Positions 8,670-17,424 of a DNA stretch of 32,000 nt are shown here, one piece after another. Below the pieces are notes generated by a model. It saw only the letters and a program-made list of their open reading frames with translations, was not told the origin of the DNA and made no database searches. Source of the stretch: Candidatus Woesearchaeota archaeon. GTDB taxonomy: Archaea; Nanobdellota; Nanobdellia; Woesearchaeales; UBA525. The first letter of the stretch is position 1. The number at the start of each line of letters is the position of its first letter. The stretch spans positions 1 to 32,000 of the forward strand of contig JAPPOH010000016.1 of NCBI GenBank assembly GCA_028818155.1, given 5' to 3'. The translations under genes and the position numbers were made by a program.

Positions 8670-9673
8670 TGTTTATTGACCCACACGTCCATTGTCGTGA
8701 TGGGAAGCAAGCGTACAAAGAAACGATTAAGCACGCTCTTGCCGTTGCTGAAAAGGCAGGCATGACTGCAATTTTCGACATGCCGAATATTGATCCGCCA
8801 GTTATTACAAAGGAACATGCACTGGAGCGCATTCAACTTGCGAAAGATTCTCCTGTGTTCTATGGCGCGTATCTCGCGCTGACTGGCGATCCGGAGGAAG
8901 TGCGCGCAGGCGTTGCTGCTGTACGCGAGGTGCGAGAGATCATCGGTTTCAAATTATACGCAGGACATTCTGTCGGTCGTATTGGTGTGATTGATGAAGA
9001 AAAGCAGCAATTGATTTACAACACGCTCGCTGAAGAAGAATACGATGGGGTTGTTGTCGTGCACTGTGAGAAAGAATCTCTCTTGACGGATTGGGATCCA
9101 AAAAACCCCATTTCGCATTGTCGGGCGAGGCCGCCAGCAGCGGAAGTTGCCTCTGTTCAGGATCAAATTAATTTTGCGAAAGCAGCTGGGTTCAAAGGAA
9201 CACTCCACATCGCGCACGTTTCTGTACCTGAGGCTGTAGACTTGGTCAATAAGGAAAATTTCGTGACATGTGGTGTGTGCCCACACCATTTACTCTTTGA
9301 TGAAACGGCAATGGAAAAAGAAAATGGTATTCTTCTGAAGATGAACCCACCGTTACGGCCTCCAGGCATGAAGGAAGAACTGTTACAACAGTTGAGAGAT
9401 GGAAAAATCACGTGGATCGAGACGGACCACGCACCACATACGTTGAAAGAGAAAGCGAACGAGCCGTACATGTCCGGCATTCCAGGCTTACAGATCTATC
9501 CAAAGTTCATTCAATGGCTGCGAGAACAAGGCATTCCTGAAAAGCAAATAGAGGAAATTACCTTCAATAAGATCGCGGACACGTACAAACTGGACATTCT
9601 GCCACGAGACTGCGAGCCAATCCTCGAATTGGGGGATGAATACGAGTTTGATGTGTATAAGGGTGTTATTTAA
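8669..9673 (+). CDS. pyrC: Dihydroorotase (short form lacking the N-terminal adjacent domain)
   Basis: The amidohydrolase/DHOase metal and substrate motifs appear in order: FIDPHVHCRDG, GFKLYAGHS, VVVHCEKE, LHIAHVSVPEA, GVCPHHLLF, KMNPPLRP, IETDHAPHT. Confidence 0.85.
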   Translation: MFIDPHVHCRDGKQAYKETIKHALAVAEKAGMTAIFDMPNIDPPVITKEHALERIQLAKDSPVFYGAYLALTGDPEEVRAGVAAVREVREIIGFKLYAGHSVGRIGVIDEEKQQLIYNTLAEEEYDGVVVVHCEKESLLTDWDPKNPISHCRARPPAAEVASVQDQINFAKAAGFKGTLHIAHVSVPEAVDLVNKENFVTCGVCPHHLLFDETAMEKENGILLKMNPPLRPPGMKEELLQQLRDGKITWIETDHAPHTLKEKANEPYMSGIPGLQIYPKFIQWLREQGIPEKQIEEITFNKIADTYKLDILPRDCEPILELGDEYEFDVYKGVI

Positions 9674-9731
9674 CTATTTTCGAGTGGTTAAAAAAGATAG
9701 TTTCTTAAAGGATTTTTGAATTCTGTGTTGT

Positions 9732-11255
9732 ATGATTGTCCCGCAGAGCACAATGCTTGCCCAAAAAACAGTTGATGCAAGAAAAACAGGTGTTTTTGAT
9801 GCTGCTTCTTTCATAGCAGCGAATATGGACATCGTTGATTTCTGTATAACATCGAGGAAAATACAATTGCGTATGGAGGGAACCCCTGCACCACTTACAG
9901 CAGCAGGAGACTTAACAATAGAGCAACGATTGCATGAGCCCTTTGGAAGATTCCAAGATGTTGTTATGCAGCAGCAAGCAGTTGCAGAAGTAAAAGATGA
10001 CAAACTTATGCGAGCATCACTTAGAGATGCACTTGGAATGTCAGCTTTGTATGAAGGTGCAATCTCGTATCTAGTCTATGGTGGTGCTGGGTTGCCTAGA
10101 TTTCGTTTTCTGACTAAAGAATCTCCAAGAGAAAGAATTGCACGAACACAAAAAGGAATGCGAGCTATTCCTGCTGCATTCGAAAAATGTCTGCCACCAA
10201 AATCATCAAAATTGCGAGATCTCCTCGAGAGAATACATGTGTTTACACAAACAGAGGCGTATAGAGTGCTGCGAGGGTCATCAGCAGCACTTCCTTCAGC
10301 AACACGAGCGACAATGCTTCGAAGTAGAATTCTCACACCGCTCTCTCGTATATATGCAGTGAAAAAAAGTTATCTTTCTCCTTTCATAAATGCAGCACAA
10401 TCGGCTGCGGCTCAAGACGCTTTTGAGGCGATAGCCAATATTGATGAAATTTTTGCATATGCACATTTCACCGGAAAACTTCCAGAACTATCAGATCAAG
10501 TAGAACACTTTGTTCGCGCTACTGCACTCTACAACTGGCCACAAGCAGCATTAACACCTCCTAATCGACAATCATCCCCATTCATTCCCTTCAATATAGA
10601 TCTTGGTCAGAATGAGCGTCTCACATTTCTTACAGGACCGAACAGTGGTGGCAAAACATCACTCAGTAAAGCACTCATTCATGCAGCAGTGCAAACACAA
10701 ATGGGAATGCCTGTTCATGCATTTCGGTATGCAACAACTGTTGCTGATCGTATTTTCTATATTGTCGGAGAGGGTAATCACTTGCAAAGTACTGAAGGAA
10801 GCATGGGTGAGCAACTCAAACGTATCAAATACGAATTCGAGCATGCAACACCTCGATCATTTGGTATCTTGGACGAGATGATTGAGGGTACAAGTTATCT
10901 TGAAAAAATGGAGCACACAGCAGATCTCCTTTGTGGTTTCAACCACATTGGTGCGCACATTATCTATTCATCACACATGCTCGAGCTTGCAAGAGCATTC
11001 CAAGCAGAAAATATTGGTGCATTCCAACAAATGGGATTTGTCGATGACAAACCAACATACGAAGTGCTTCCAGGCATCGCAACAACCAGCGGATTTGATG
11101 CACTGACTGACAGAGTAAAATTCCATAGAGATGCAATGACTGAAAGCCTTGTAGAACGCGGCTACCTTGAGCAAGGAGCTGATCTTCGATCACCTAGACA
11201 TAACTCACGCCCTGAGAGAGACTCCAAAGCCCTTGCACAACATTCTCAGAAATAG
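9732..11255 (+). CDS. MutS-related ATPase (domain V-like only)
   Basis: Walker A is FLTGPNSGGKTSLSKAL, Walker B is FGILDEMIEGTSYLE, and IIYSSHMLELA matches the MutS ABC-ATPase core. I did not recognise a mismatch-binding domain I or an Smr domain. CTTAAAG lies about 25 nt upstream of the ATG. Confidence 0.75.
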   Translation: MIVPQSTMLAQKTVDARKTGVFDAASFIAANMDIVDFCITSRKIQLRMEGTPAPLTAAGDLTIEQRLHEPFGRFQDVVMQQQAVAEVKDDKLMRASLRDALGMSALYEGAISYLVYGGAGLPRFRFLTKESPRERIARTQKGMRAIPAAFEKCLPPKSSKLRDLLERIHVFTQTEAYRVLRGSSAALPSATRATMLRSRILTPLSRIYAVKKSYLSPFINAAQSAAAQDAFEAIANIDEIFAYAHFTGKLPELSDQVEHFVRATALYNWPQAALTPPNRQSSPFIPFNIDLGQNERLTFLTGPNSGGKTSLSKALIHAAVQTQMGMPVHAFRYATTVADRIFYIVGEGNHLQSTEGSMGEQLKRIKYEFEHATPRSFGILDEMIEGTSYLEKMEHTADLLCGFNHIGAHIIYSSHMLELARAFQAENIGAFQQMGFVDDKPTYEVLPGIATTSGFDALTDRVKFHRDAMTESLVERGYLEQGADLRSPRHNSRPERDSKALAQHSQK

Positions 11256-11571
11256 TCGCGTGCGTTTTCGGCTTGATCACAAGTTTTTCATTTCTTCCGG
11301 GATGTGCAAAAATGATAGTAAGGTCGTTGTGTTTTGTGAACTGCTCCCAGTGATTCGCAAGATACTCCACATTCTCTTTCGTATGCAAGGTTGCAATCAC
11401 ACTCTCACCTTTGATCTCTACAACCTCGAGCTGCTCTTGGACAATACCAACAACATTACGATCTTTGTACGTGAACGTGATCATATTTCCATCTTCTTTG
11501 TGATCCACCAACTTCTTGTCGAGCATGTCTTTATGCCTCACATACAAAACAAGCCACTCAGTGAGTTTCAT
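11194..11571 (-). CDS. Hypothetical protein (125 aa)
   Basis: The ORF starts at the internal ATG (MKLTEWLVLYV...) and overlaps the upstream membrane-protein gene by 14 nt. Its 3' end overlaps the convergent MutS-like gene by 62 nt. Confidence 0.5.
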   Translation of the reverse strand: MKLTEWLVLYVRHKDMLDKKLVDHKEDGNMITFTYKDRNVVGIVQEQLEVVEIKGESVIATLHTKENVEYLANHWEQFTKHNDLTIIFAHPGRNEKLVIKPKTHATISENVVQGLWSLSQGVSYV

Positions 11572-12028
11572 GCGTGAGCCTCCAATGCACAAAATACGGA
11601 ACGAGAATGCCAAGCACTAATGGGAGCGCAACGGCAAACGTGTGTGTTTCTCCGAACCTCGCTTGTAAGACATGCAAGCTGAATGACACGAGCACAACGG
11701 TCGTGAGAACAAGGACGACAAGTCCGACATGCTGGTGCTTATGTTCCATTTTTAGATCGTGCACTGCATGTACTAAGAACAGACCCATACAGGTGCCAAG
11801 TAAAAAGACAATGGGGATAGTGTATGCGAGGATGCTAAACACAATGAATGGTAAGAGCATCAGTGCGGCACCAATCATACCGCTTGTTAGAAGTGCGATT
11901 AACACCCAGAACGCAACTTTCTCCATGCGTCGCTTTCCTTTATGTCGAGCGGCAACAGTGAAGACTTTCAGGACGTGCTCTATTTCACTATTTGACCAGC
12001 CTTTTTTCTTTAAACGAGCAACGTTCAC
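11558..12028 (-). CDS. Hypothetical membrane protein (about 4 TM)
   Basis: The start is GTG 12028, about 24 nt downstream of CTTAAATC (12049-12056, minus sense). Four hydrophobic helices follow a basic N-terminus (LKKKGWSNSEIEHV). Confidence 0.6.
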   Translation of the reverse strand: MNVARLKKKGWSNSEIEHVLKVFTVAARHKGKRRMEKVAFWVLIALLTSGMIGAALMLLPFIVFSILAYTIPIVFLLGTCMGLFLVHAVHDLKMEHKHQHVGLVVLVLTTVVLVSFSLHVLQARFGETHTFAVALPLVLGILVPYFVHWRLTHETH

Positions 12029-12059
12029 GGAAGTTTGTTAGAAAAAGGATTTAAGAATG

Positions 12060-12407
12060 TTACCGTTTATTGCGGGCGGAAATTTCTGCACCTGTAACAT
12101 AGTTGAGGATGGCATTTTCAGGATCTTCTTCCACTGCACCAGCTTCGAATGCACGAACGACAGCACTGTAGAATGCTGCTCGGTCTTCTGGATCCTTAAA
12201 TCCCTCATAGCCTTCACCGCCTTTCGCGCAGAGATCTATAAGGCGTAGCGCAGTCTGGTTTAATTTACCTACACTAGCACCATTGCCTTGACTATTACAA
12301 AAAGTACTCACACAGTTGTACAGATTACTCGGTGGTTTGCCAAGACCCAATTTCACGCGCTCGCCAACATCAACATCACGCGGCGTTCTCAATGGATGAT
12401 CTGACAT
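12060..12407 (-). CDS. Hypothetical protein (115 aa)
   Basis: The ORF starts at ATG 12407 (MSDHPLRTPRD...), about 27 nt from the shared A/T box at 12429-12438. Confidence 0.55.
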   Translation of the reverse strand: MSDHPLRTPRDVDVGERVKLGLGKPPSNLYNCVSTFCNSQGNGASVGKLNQTALRLIDLCAKGGEGYEGFKDPEDRAAFYSAVVRAFEAGAVEEDPENAILNYVTGAEISARNKR

Positions 12408-12428
12408 TTTCCACAAGAATCACCCAAC

Positions 12429-12438
12429 ATTTTTAAAC
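12429..12438. promoter_or_regulatory. Shared bidirectional TATA element
   Basis: ATTTTTAAAC lies about 27 nt from ATG 12407 (minus strand) and about 26 nt from GTG 12459 (plus strand). Confidence 0.45.
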
Positions 12439-12458
12439 CCTTGCACCACAGAAACACT

Positions 12459-13592
12459 GTGTTACGGTGGATCGTCTTGGGGGGGCTGTTACTGAGTCTT
12501 TTTCCCATTTGCAGACCATTTGTGCTCTTACTTCTAGCAGTGTTGCTCTTCTATGAGATGAGCCCAACGAGAATTCTCATTGGGAACAGGCGACAGGAGC
12601 TTGATGCAGGCATTCTCATCGGAGGACTCTTACTAGCAGTTGAAGATCTCTTACTTCTTTTCAGCGTTTTCCCAGAGACAGTCAGGACAAAGGTAAGCAT
12701 CCTCATGCCATTTGGCTTCGTCATTCTCCTTGCTGCGAGCTGGTTCGCCATGCGACACGTGAAGCAACCAAGTATTATCTCTGAGCATCAGAATCCGCTT
12801 ATTACCTTCGCACTGTTCTTTGGTTTTGTCGTCATGCTTTTCAAACCGCTCCTTATTTGGACGTACATGGCAGAATACATGCTCATCGCTCTCGGCTTTG
12901 TGTTGCTCGCTCTGTATTTCGGGAGGAAGCAAGACCTCGCCTGGCACGCGAAGCAGATTCGCTCGCTTTTCACGTCAAAGGACACAATTCTCTTGGGCAT
13001 TTCAGGATTGTTGGTGTTACATTTCACAATCATGGTCGTTGCTGGCGTCATACAACTCAGACCTGACGAATTGTCCTTAAGTACGCTTGGCACGATTTTT
13101 CTCATCGCGCTCCCTGGCTATGTGTGGTATAAATTATTCAGAATTCGAGCAAAGGGACATCAGCACTTGCCTGATTGGCCACCGTGGTTCACGGGCGTGA
13201 TCATGGCAACAGTTGTTGCTGCGTTTGTTGAGCCGGTTATCTCATTCGTTCCGGGCTTGGACATTGATCATGTGGGGATTGTTGGAACGAACACGGGTGT
13301 GTCGCCGTTATTCCTCGCGGTGCTTGTTTTCGCAGCCTTTTTTATTGCGGGAAAGCTCCATGATCATGTTCGTCGTATCCTCATGCTTGGCCCTATTCTT
13401 GCAGGGTTGTACTTTCTTGGTTCGTACATGTATTATGCGTTCAGCAGCACGTTCTTGTACGTTGTGAACGTCATTGTACGAGCAGAAGCAGGGTACATCA
13501 CTGTGCCAGTCGTCATTCTCATGGCCCTCGGTGTTACAGTGTTCTCTATCACTGGCTACCTGAGCTTTCTGTATGAGATTTGCAGGGATTAG
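12459..13592 (+). CDS. Polytopic membrane protein (about 10 TM), unknown function
   Basis: The ORF is hydrophobic throughout. The ORF-track start is TTG 12441, but the in-frame GTG 12459 lies 26 nt from ATTTTTAAAC (12429-12438) and is preferred. Confidence 0.7.
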   Translation: MLRWIVLGGLLLSLFPICRPFVLLLLAVLLFYEMSPTRILIGNRRQELDAGILIGGLLLAVEDLLLLFSVFPETVRTKVSILMPFGFVILLAASWFAMRHVKQPSIISEHQNPLITFALFFGFVVMLFKPLLIWTYMAEYMLIALGFVLLALYFGRKQDLAWHAKQIRSLFTSKDTILLGISGLLVLHFTIMVVAGVIQLRPDELSLSTLGTIFLIALPGYVWYKLFRIRAKGHQHLPDWPPWFTGVIMATVVAAFVEPVISFVPGLDIDHVGIVGTNTGVSPLFLAVLVFAAFFIAGKLHDHVRRILMLGPILAGLYFLGSYMYYAFSSTFLYVVNVIVRAEAGYITVPVVILMALGVTVFSITGYLSFLYEICRD

Positions 13593-14437
13593 AGAAACCG
13601 TGCATCGTCGATAACGCCATCGCTATCTGTGTCAAGACCTGCAACAACAGAAACGTCTTGTGTACACACTGCAGCAAAGTGTTTCACTAGCGCAACGATT
13701 GCTGCTCGCGTCCCCGTATGATGTTTGCCAGCAATCCAGAGCACGGATTTTCCTTGCGCCAGCGGATTCGGCATTTTGACGATAATCCCTGCATGTTCAT
13801 GATCATACGTTGTTTCATCTGTCACAAACATGCGCTTCTCATACCAGATAGGAGCAACATCATTCAACTTCTCTGCAGCCTTATTCACAATTGGACCGCC
13901 GATTACAATGAGGTGCTGCTTCCAATCACGTAACTCAGTATCAAGCACGACAGCGGGCGCTGCAGGAAACTCAAGAAATGTTCCGAAGAATAGCCCGAGG
14001 TCAATCGCATAGCTGCCATCTCGTGAACGCGCGCCTTCAGGCCCGTGTGGATCAGGACTGCCAACGACAATCTGTGCGTCCCACTTACCATTTCTGATAA
14101 ATGGGGAGAGGAACTCTTGGTATGCTGGATTCGTTTTCGTTTGTTTGAAATCCTTAAAGCGCACAGCGTATGCGGGCGCTTCTAAACGAAGTACCTTCGC
14201 ACTTCCAACTTCTGCGATGTGATCAACCGCAATCAATCCAGCTTCTCGCAATCGTTTGATGTGGTAGTGGATTTTCTGCTCTGGTTCTCCTAACCTTTCA
14301 GCCACGGCAGATGCGTGGAGAGATTCCTCAGCTAATAGTTTGATAATCTGTATTGCGAGTGGACTTGCAGTGGCTCGTACATGTTCTGGTTGTAACTCCA
14401 CACAGGGGAGCGCTTCTGTGCCTTGCACGAGGTACAT
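13589..14437 (-). CDS. ArsR-type winged-HTH regulator with a ~190-aa C-terminal domain of unknown function
   Basis: The HTH is PLAIQIIKLLAEESLHASAVAERLGEPEQKIHYHIKRLREAGLI. A TATA box (14461-14468, minus sense) lies about 27 nt upstream of ATG 14437. Confidence 0.75.
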   Translation of the reverse strand: MYLVQGTEALPCVELQPEHVRATASPLAIQIIKLLAEESLHASAVAERLGEPEQKIHYHIKRLREAGLIAVDHIAEVGSAKVLRLEAPAYAVRFKDFKQTKTNPAYQEFLSPFIRNGKWDAQIVVGSPDPHGPEGARSRDGSYAIDLGLFFGTFLEFPAAPAVVLDTELRDWKQHLIVIGGPIVNKAAEKLNDVAPIWYEKRMFVTDETTYDHEHAGIIVKMPNPLAQGKSVLWIAGKHHTGTRAAIVALVKHFAAVCTQDVSVVAGLDTDSDGVIDDARFL

Positions 14438-14511
14438 ACTACAAATAAAATTGTAATGAGTATAAAAATTTTTTGATAATCTTTATAAAGGCAACACACC
14501 GTCTAAAGGAA

Positions 14512-15456
14512 ATGCACAACATCGCATGCATCGGCGGCGGCACAGGCCTCTTCACATTACTTTCAGGCCTCAAAAAGCGGAGCTACAACATCTCCGCAAT
14601 CGTCACCATGATGGATTCAGGCGGTTCTACAGGCCGTTTACGCGATGAATTTGGGTATTTACCACCCGGAGACGTGCGACAATGTCTCGTCGCACTCTCC
14701 GACGCACCCGATGATCTCAGAAAATTAATGACCTACAGGTTCAGAAGCGCAGGCGACTTAGCAGGACACAACCTTGGCAACTTAATTCTCACAGCGCTCA
14801 AAGACATTGCAGGTGGGGAGTATGAAGCGATAGAAGCAATGGAACGCATGCTGAACATCAAAGGAAAGGTGCTTCCAGTCACATTAACAAGTTGCCACCT
14901 CGTTGCCACATTATCAGACGGAAGCAAGATCATCGGCGAAACGAACATCGACGTACCAAAACACGATCCAAAACTTACAATCAAAAAATTAGAGTTGCAG
15001 CCAAGCGCAGAAATCTTCAGTCAGACAAAAGAGGCACTGTTGCAAGCAGACACCATCGTTCTTGGTCCGGGTGATGTGTACACGAGCATCATGCCCAACA
15101 TCGTTGTGGATGGATTTCTTGACGCGCTCAAGGAAACGAAGGCAAAAATCATCTACGTTGTGAATACCATGACAAAACACGGCGAGACGGCAGGATTCAC
15201 CGCCCAGAAATTTGTTGATCACATGAAAGAGACACTCGATGGCGTGCACATAGATGCTATAATTGTGAATACAGGAAACATCTCTGAAGAACAAGAAGCA
15301 GCGTACATGCAAGAGCAAGCAACACCGGTAAAGAATGATCTACAAGAGGGCATCATTATTACTGGCGATCTCGTCAACAAAGAAGCGTTCGCACGACACA
15401 ATTCAAAGGCGCTCGCAGACGCAGTGGAAGAGGCGATCAAAAAATGTGCGGGATAG
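14512..15456 (+). CDS. YvcK/CofD-family (UPF0052) protein
   Basis: IACIGGGTGLFTLLSGLK and TMMDSGGSTGRLRDEFGYLPPGDVRQCLVALS are hallmark motifs. ATG 14512 lies about 26 nt downstream of TTTATAAA (14483-14490). Confidence 0.85.
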   Translation: MHNIACIGGGTGLFTLLSGLKKRSYNISAIVTMMDSGGSTGRLRDEFGYLPPGDVRQCLVALSDAPDDLRKLMTYRFRSAGDLAGHNLGNLILTALKDIAGGEYEAIEAMERMLNIKGKVLPVTLTSCHLVATLSDGSKIIGETNIDVPKHDPKLTIKKLELQPSAEIFSQTKEALLQADTIVLGPGDVYTSIMPNIVVDGFLDALKETKAKIIYVVNTMTKHGETAGFTAQKFVDHMKETLDGVHIDAIIVNTGNISEEQEAAYMQEQATPVKNDLQEGIIITGDLVNKEAFARHNSKALADAVEEAIKKCAG

Positions 15457-17204
15457 CAGCATACAAAGGAACGAAGCAAGCGAGCCCAATTCTCTTAGAA
15501 GCGCTCCGCAAAATGGAATACAGAGGGTATGACTCTGCAGGCATCGCAACAGTGCATGACGGAGTGATTACCGTTCGGAAAGACACTGGCAAAGTTGAAG
15601 AAGTAAACAAAAAAGTTCAATTTTCTGAACTCAAAGGCACTACAGGTATTTCACATTCACGCTGGGCAACCACAGGATCTGTCACACAAAAGAACGCGCA
15701 CCCACATTATTCATCAGATAAGAAACTAGCAGTTGTCCAAAACGGCATCGTCGAGAATTATCAAGAACTCAAAGCTACGCTAGAAGAGAAAGGATACAGT
15801 TTTCAGTCAGAGACAGACACAGAGGTGATAGCGAAACTAGTAGAAGACTCCGAGCACGACCTCCTGCAGGCGGTCCAGGATGCGTTCCTCCAACTCCATG
15901 GCAGGAACGCGTTTGTAGTTCTTGATTCCACAGGCAGCATCGTTGCAGCAAAGAAAGGCTCGCCACTCATCCTTGGAATTGGAGAAGATGCACTCTTCTT
16001 AGCGTCAGATCCAGCCGCACTCTTAGAACACACGAAGAATGTTATTTTTATCGAGGATAATGAACTTGTTGTTCTTGACGATGCATACACAATCTACAAC
16101 GCGAACACGCTGCAAGAGTTGAAAAAAGAGCCAACAACAATCAACTGGACAGTTGAGCAAGCACAAAAAGGAAATTACGACCACTTCATGATCAAAGAGA
16201 TAATGGAACAGAAAGAATGCATCATGCAAGCGCTCGCGCAGCCGAAAGAACTCATCCAAACGGTCGTGAACGAAATCAACGGAGCCTTCGGCACGTATGT
16301 TGTCGGCTGTGGCACAGCAGGGAAAGTAGCGTTAACTTCCACCTATGCGTTCTCTGACATCGCAAAGATGCATATTAATTTCGCATTCGGCTCAGAGTTT
16401 CCTTCGTATCACGATTTCTTAACAGAAAAATCATTATTGATCGCAATTTCACAATCAGGAGAGACAGCAGATACATTAGAAGCTCTTGAAACAGCGAAAG
16501 CGAAGGGCGGTAAAATCATTTCTGTCGTGAACGTCATGGGAAGTACGATGATGCGCAAGTCAGACCACACGTTGATGGTGAATGCGGGACCGGAAATTAG
16601 TGTGTGCTCAACAAAAGCAACGACAAATCAACTCGCGATTATGTATTTACTTGCGTATGCGTGCAATGGTCGGTATGATGAAGGCCTTTCTATCTTGAAA
16701 GGGACAGCTGCTGCCGTTGATGAAATGTTGAATGATGCCTTTTGCGCTCATGTAAAGAAACTAGCAGAGAAATTACTCGATCAACCAAATATTTACGTGA
16801 TTGGCCGCGGCATGAATTATCCAATGGCACTCGAAGCTGCAATTAAAATTCAGGAAGTGAGTTACATTCACGCTGAAGGGTTTGCTGGCGGTGAGTTAAA
16901 GCATGGACCACTGGCTTTGATTGACAAAGATGTACCTGTGATAGCATTCGTTGCGAATGACGAAACGAAAGAAGATATTCTCGCGAACGCGGAAGAGACG
17001 AAGGCGCGCGGTGCGTATGTGATTGGGATTGCACCGGAAAATAATGATGTCTTCGATTACTGGATTCAAGTGCCTGATTGTCCGGAGACGTCTCCGATTC
17101 CGAATATCGTTCCGGTGCAACTGTTAGCATACTATTTGTCGACGATGAAAGGGAATGATGTGGACAAACCAAAAAATCTTAGTAAATGCGTCAGTGTCAA
17201 GTAG
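15444..17204 (+). CDS. glmS: Glutamine--fructose-6-phosphate aminotransferase
   Basis: The N-terminal nucleophile is MCGIAAYKG. Also present are GISHSRWATTG, the SIS motif ISQSGETADTL, and the C-terminal DKPKNLSKCVSVK. It overlaps the yvcK-like gene by 13 nt. Confidence 0.95.
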   Translation: MCGIAAYKGTKQASPILLEALRKMEYRGYDSAGIATVHDGVITVRKDTGKVEEVNKKVQFSELKGTTGISHSRWATTGSVTQKNAHPHYSSDKKLAVVQNGIVENYQELKATLEEKGYSFQSETDTEVIAKLVEDSEHDLLQAVQDAFLQLHGRNAFVVLDSTGSIVAAKKGSPLILGIGEDALFLASDPAALLEHTKNVIFIEDNELVVLDDAYTIYNANTLQELKKEPTTINWTVEQAQKGNYDHFMIKEIMEQKECIMQALAQPKELIQTVVNEINGAFGTYVVGCGTAGKVALTSTYAFSDIAKMHINFAFGSEFPSYHDFLTEKSLLIAISQSGETADTLEALETAKAKGGKIISVVNVMGSTMMRKSDHTLMVNAGPEISVCSTKATTNQLAIMYLLAYACNGRYDEGLSILKGTAAAVDEMLNDAFCAHVKKLAEKLLDQPNIYVIGRGMNYPMALEAAIKIQEVSYIHAEGFAGGELKHGPLALIDKDVPVIAFVANDETKEDILANAEETKARGAYVIGIAPENNDVFDYWIQVPDCPETSPIPNIVPVQLLAYYLSTMKGNDVDKPKNLSKCVSVK

Positions 17205-17265
17205 TAAAAAGCCACTGGACATGTACGGCCCGAACGTTTTTATTCTTGCATTAGTTCCCGAAATA

Positions 17266-17424
17266 ATGCAAAATGAAGACTGGGAAGTATCGCTTACTGT
17301 ATTCTACGAGCATAACAAGAGAAAGTACAAAGTAACGAGAAGATTGCCTTCTATGACAGTAGCAGAAACAAAAATCTTTGACACAGAGAAAGAGGCGCAA
17401 GCACAATTCAAACAGTGGTCATGA
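17266..17424 (+). CDS. Possible small leaderless ORF (52 aa)
   Basis: ATG 17266 lies about 26 nt downstream of GTTTTTATTC (17236-17245). The longer ORF-track version (from 17155) overlaps glmS. I recognise no homology. Confidence 0.35.
   Translation: MQNEDWEVSLTVFYEHNKRKYKVTRRLPSMTVAETKIFDTEKEAQAQFKQWS

Noticed and set aside
8288-8836. 182-aa minus-strand ORF full of Phe (FFFAFF...)
   Set aside because: It is the mirror image of the poly-Lys codon tract (AAG/AAA read as CTT/TTT) and also overlaps the pyrC start, so it is an antisense artefact.
17155-17265. The long form of the small ORF, starting inside glmS
   Set aside because: The first 37 codons overlap the glmS 3' end or lack a promoter. 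Only the 52-aa version from ATG 17266 has a TATA box at the right distance, and even that version is low confidence.
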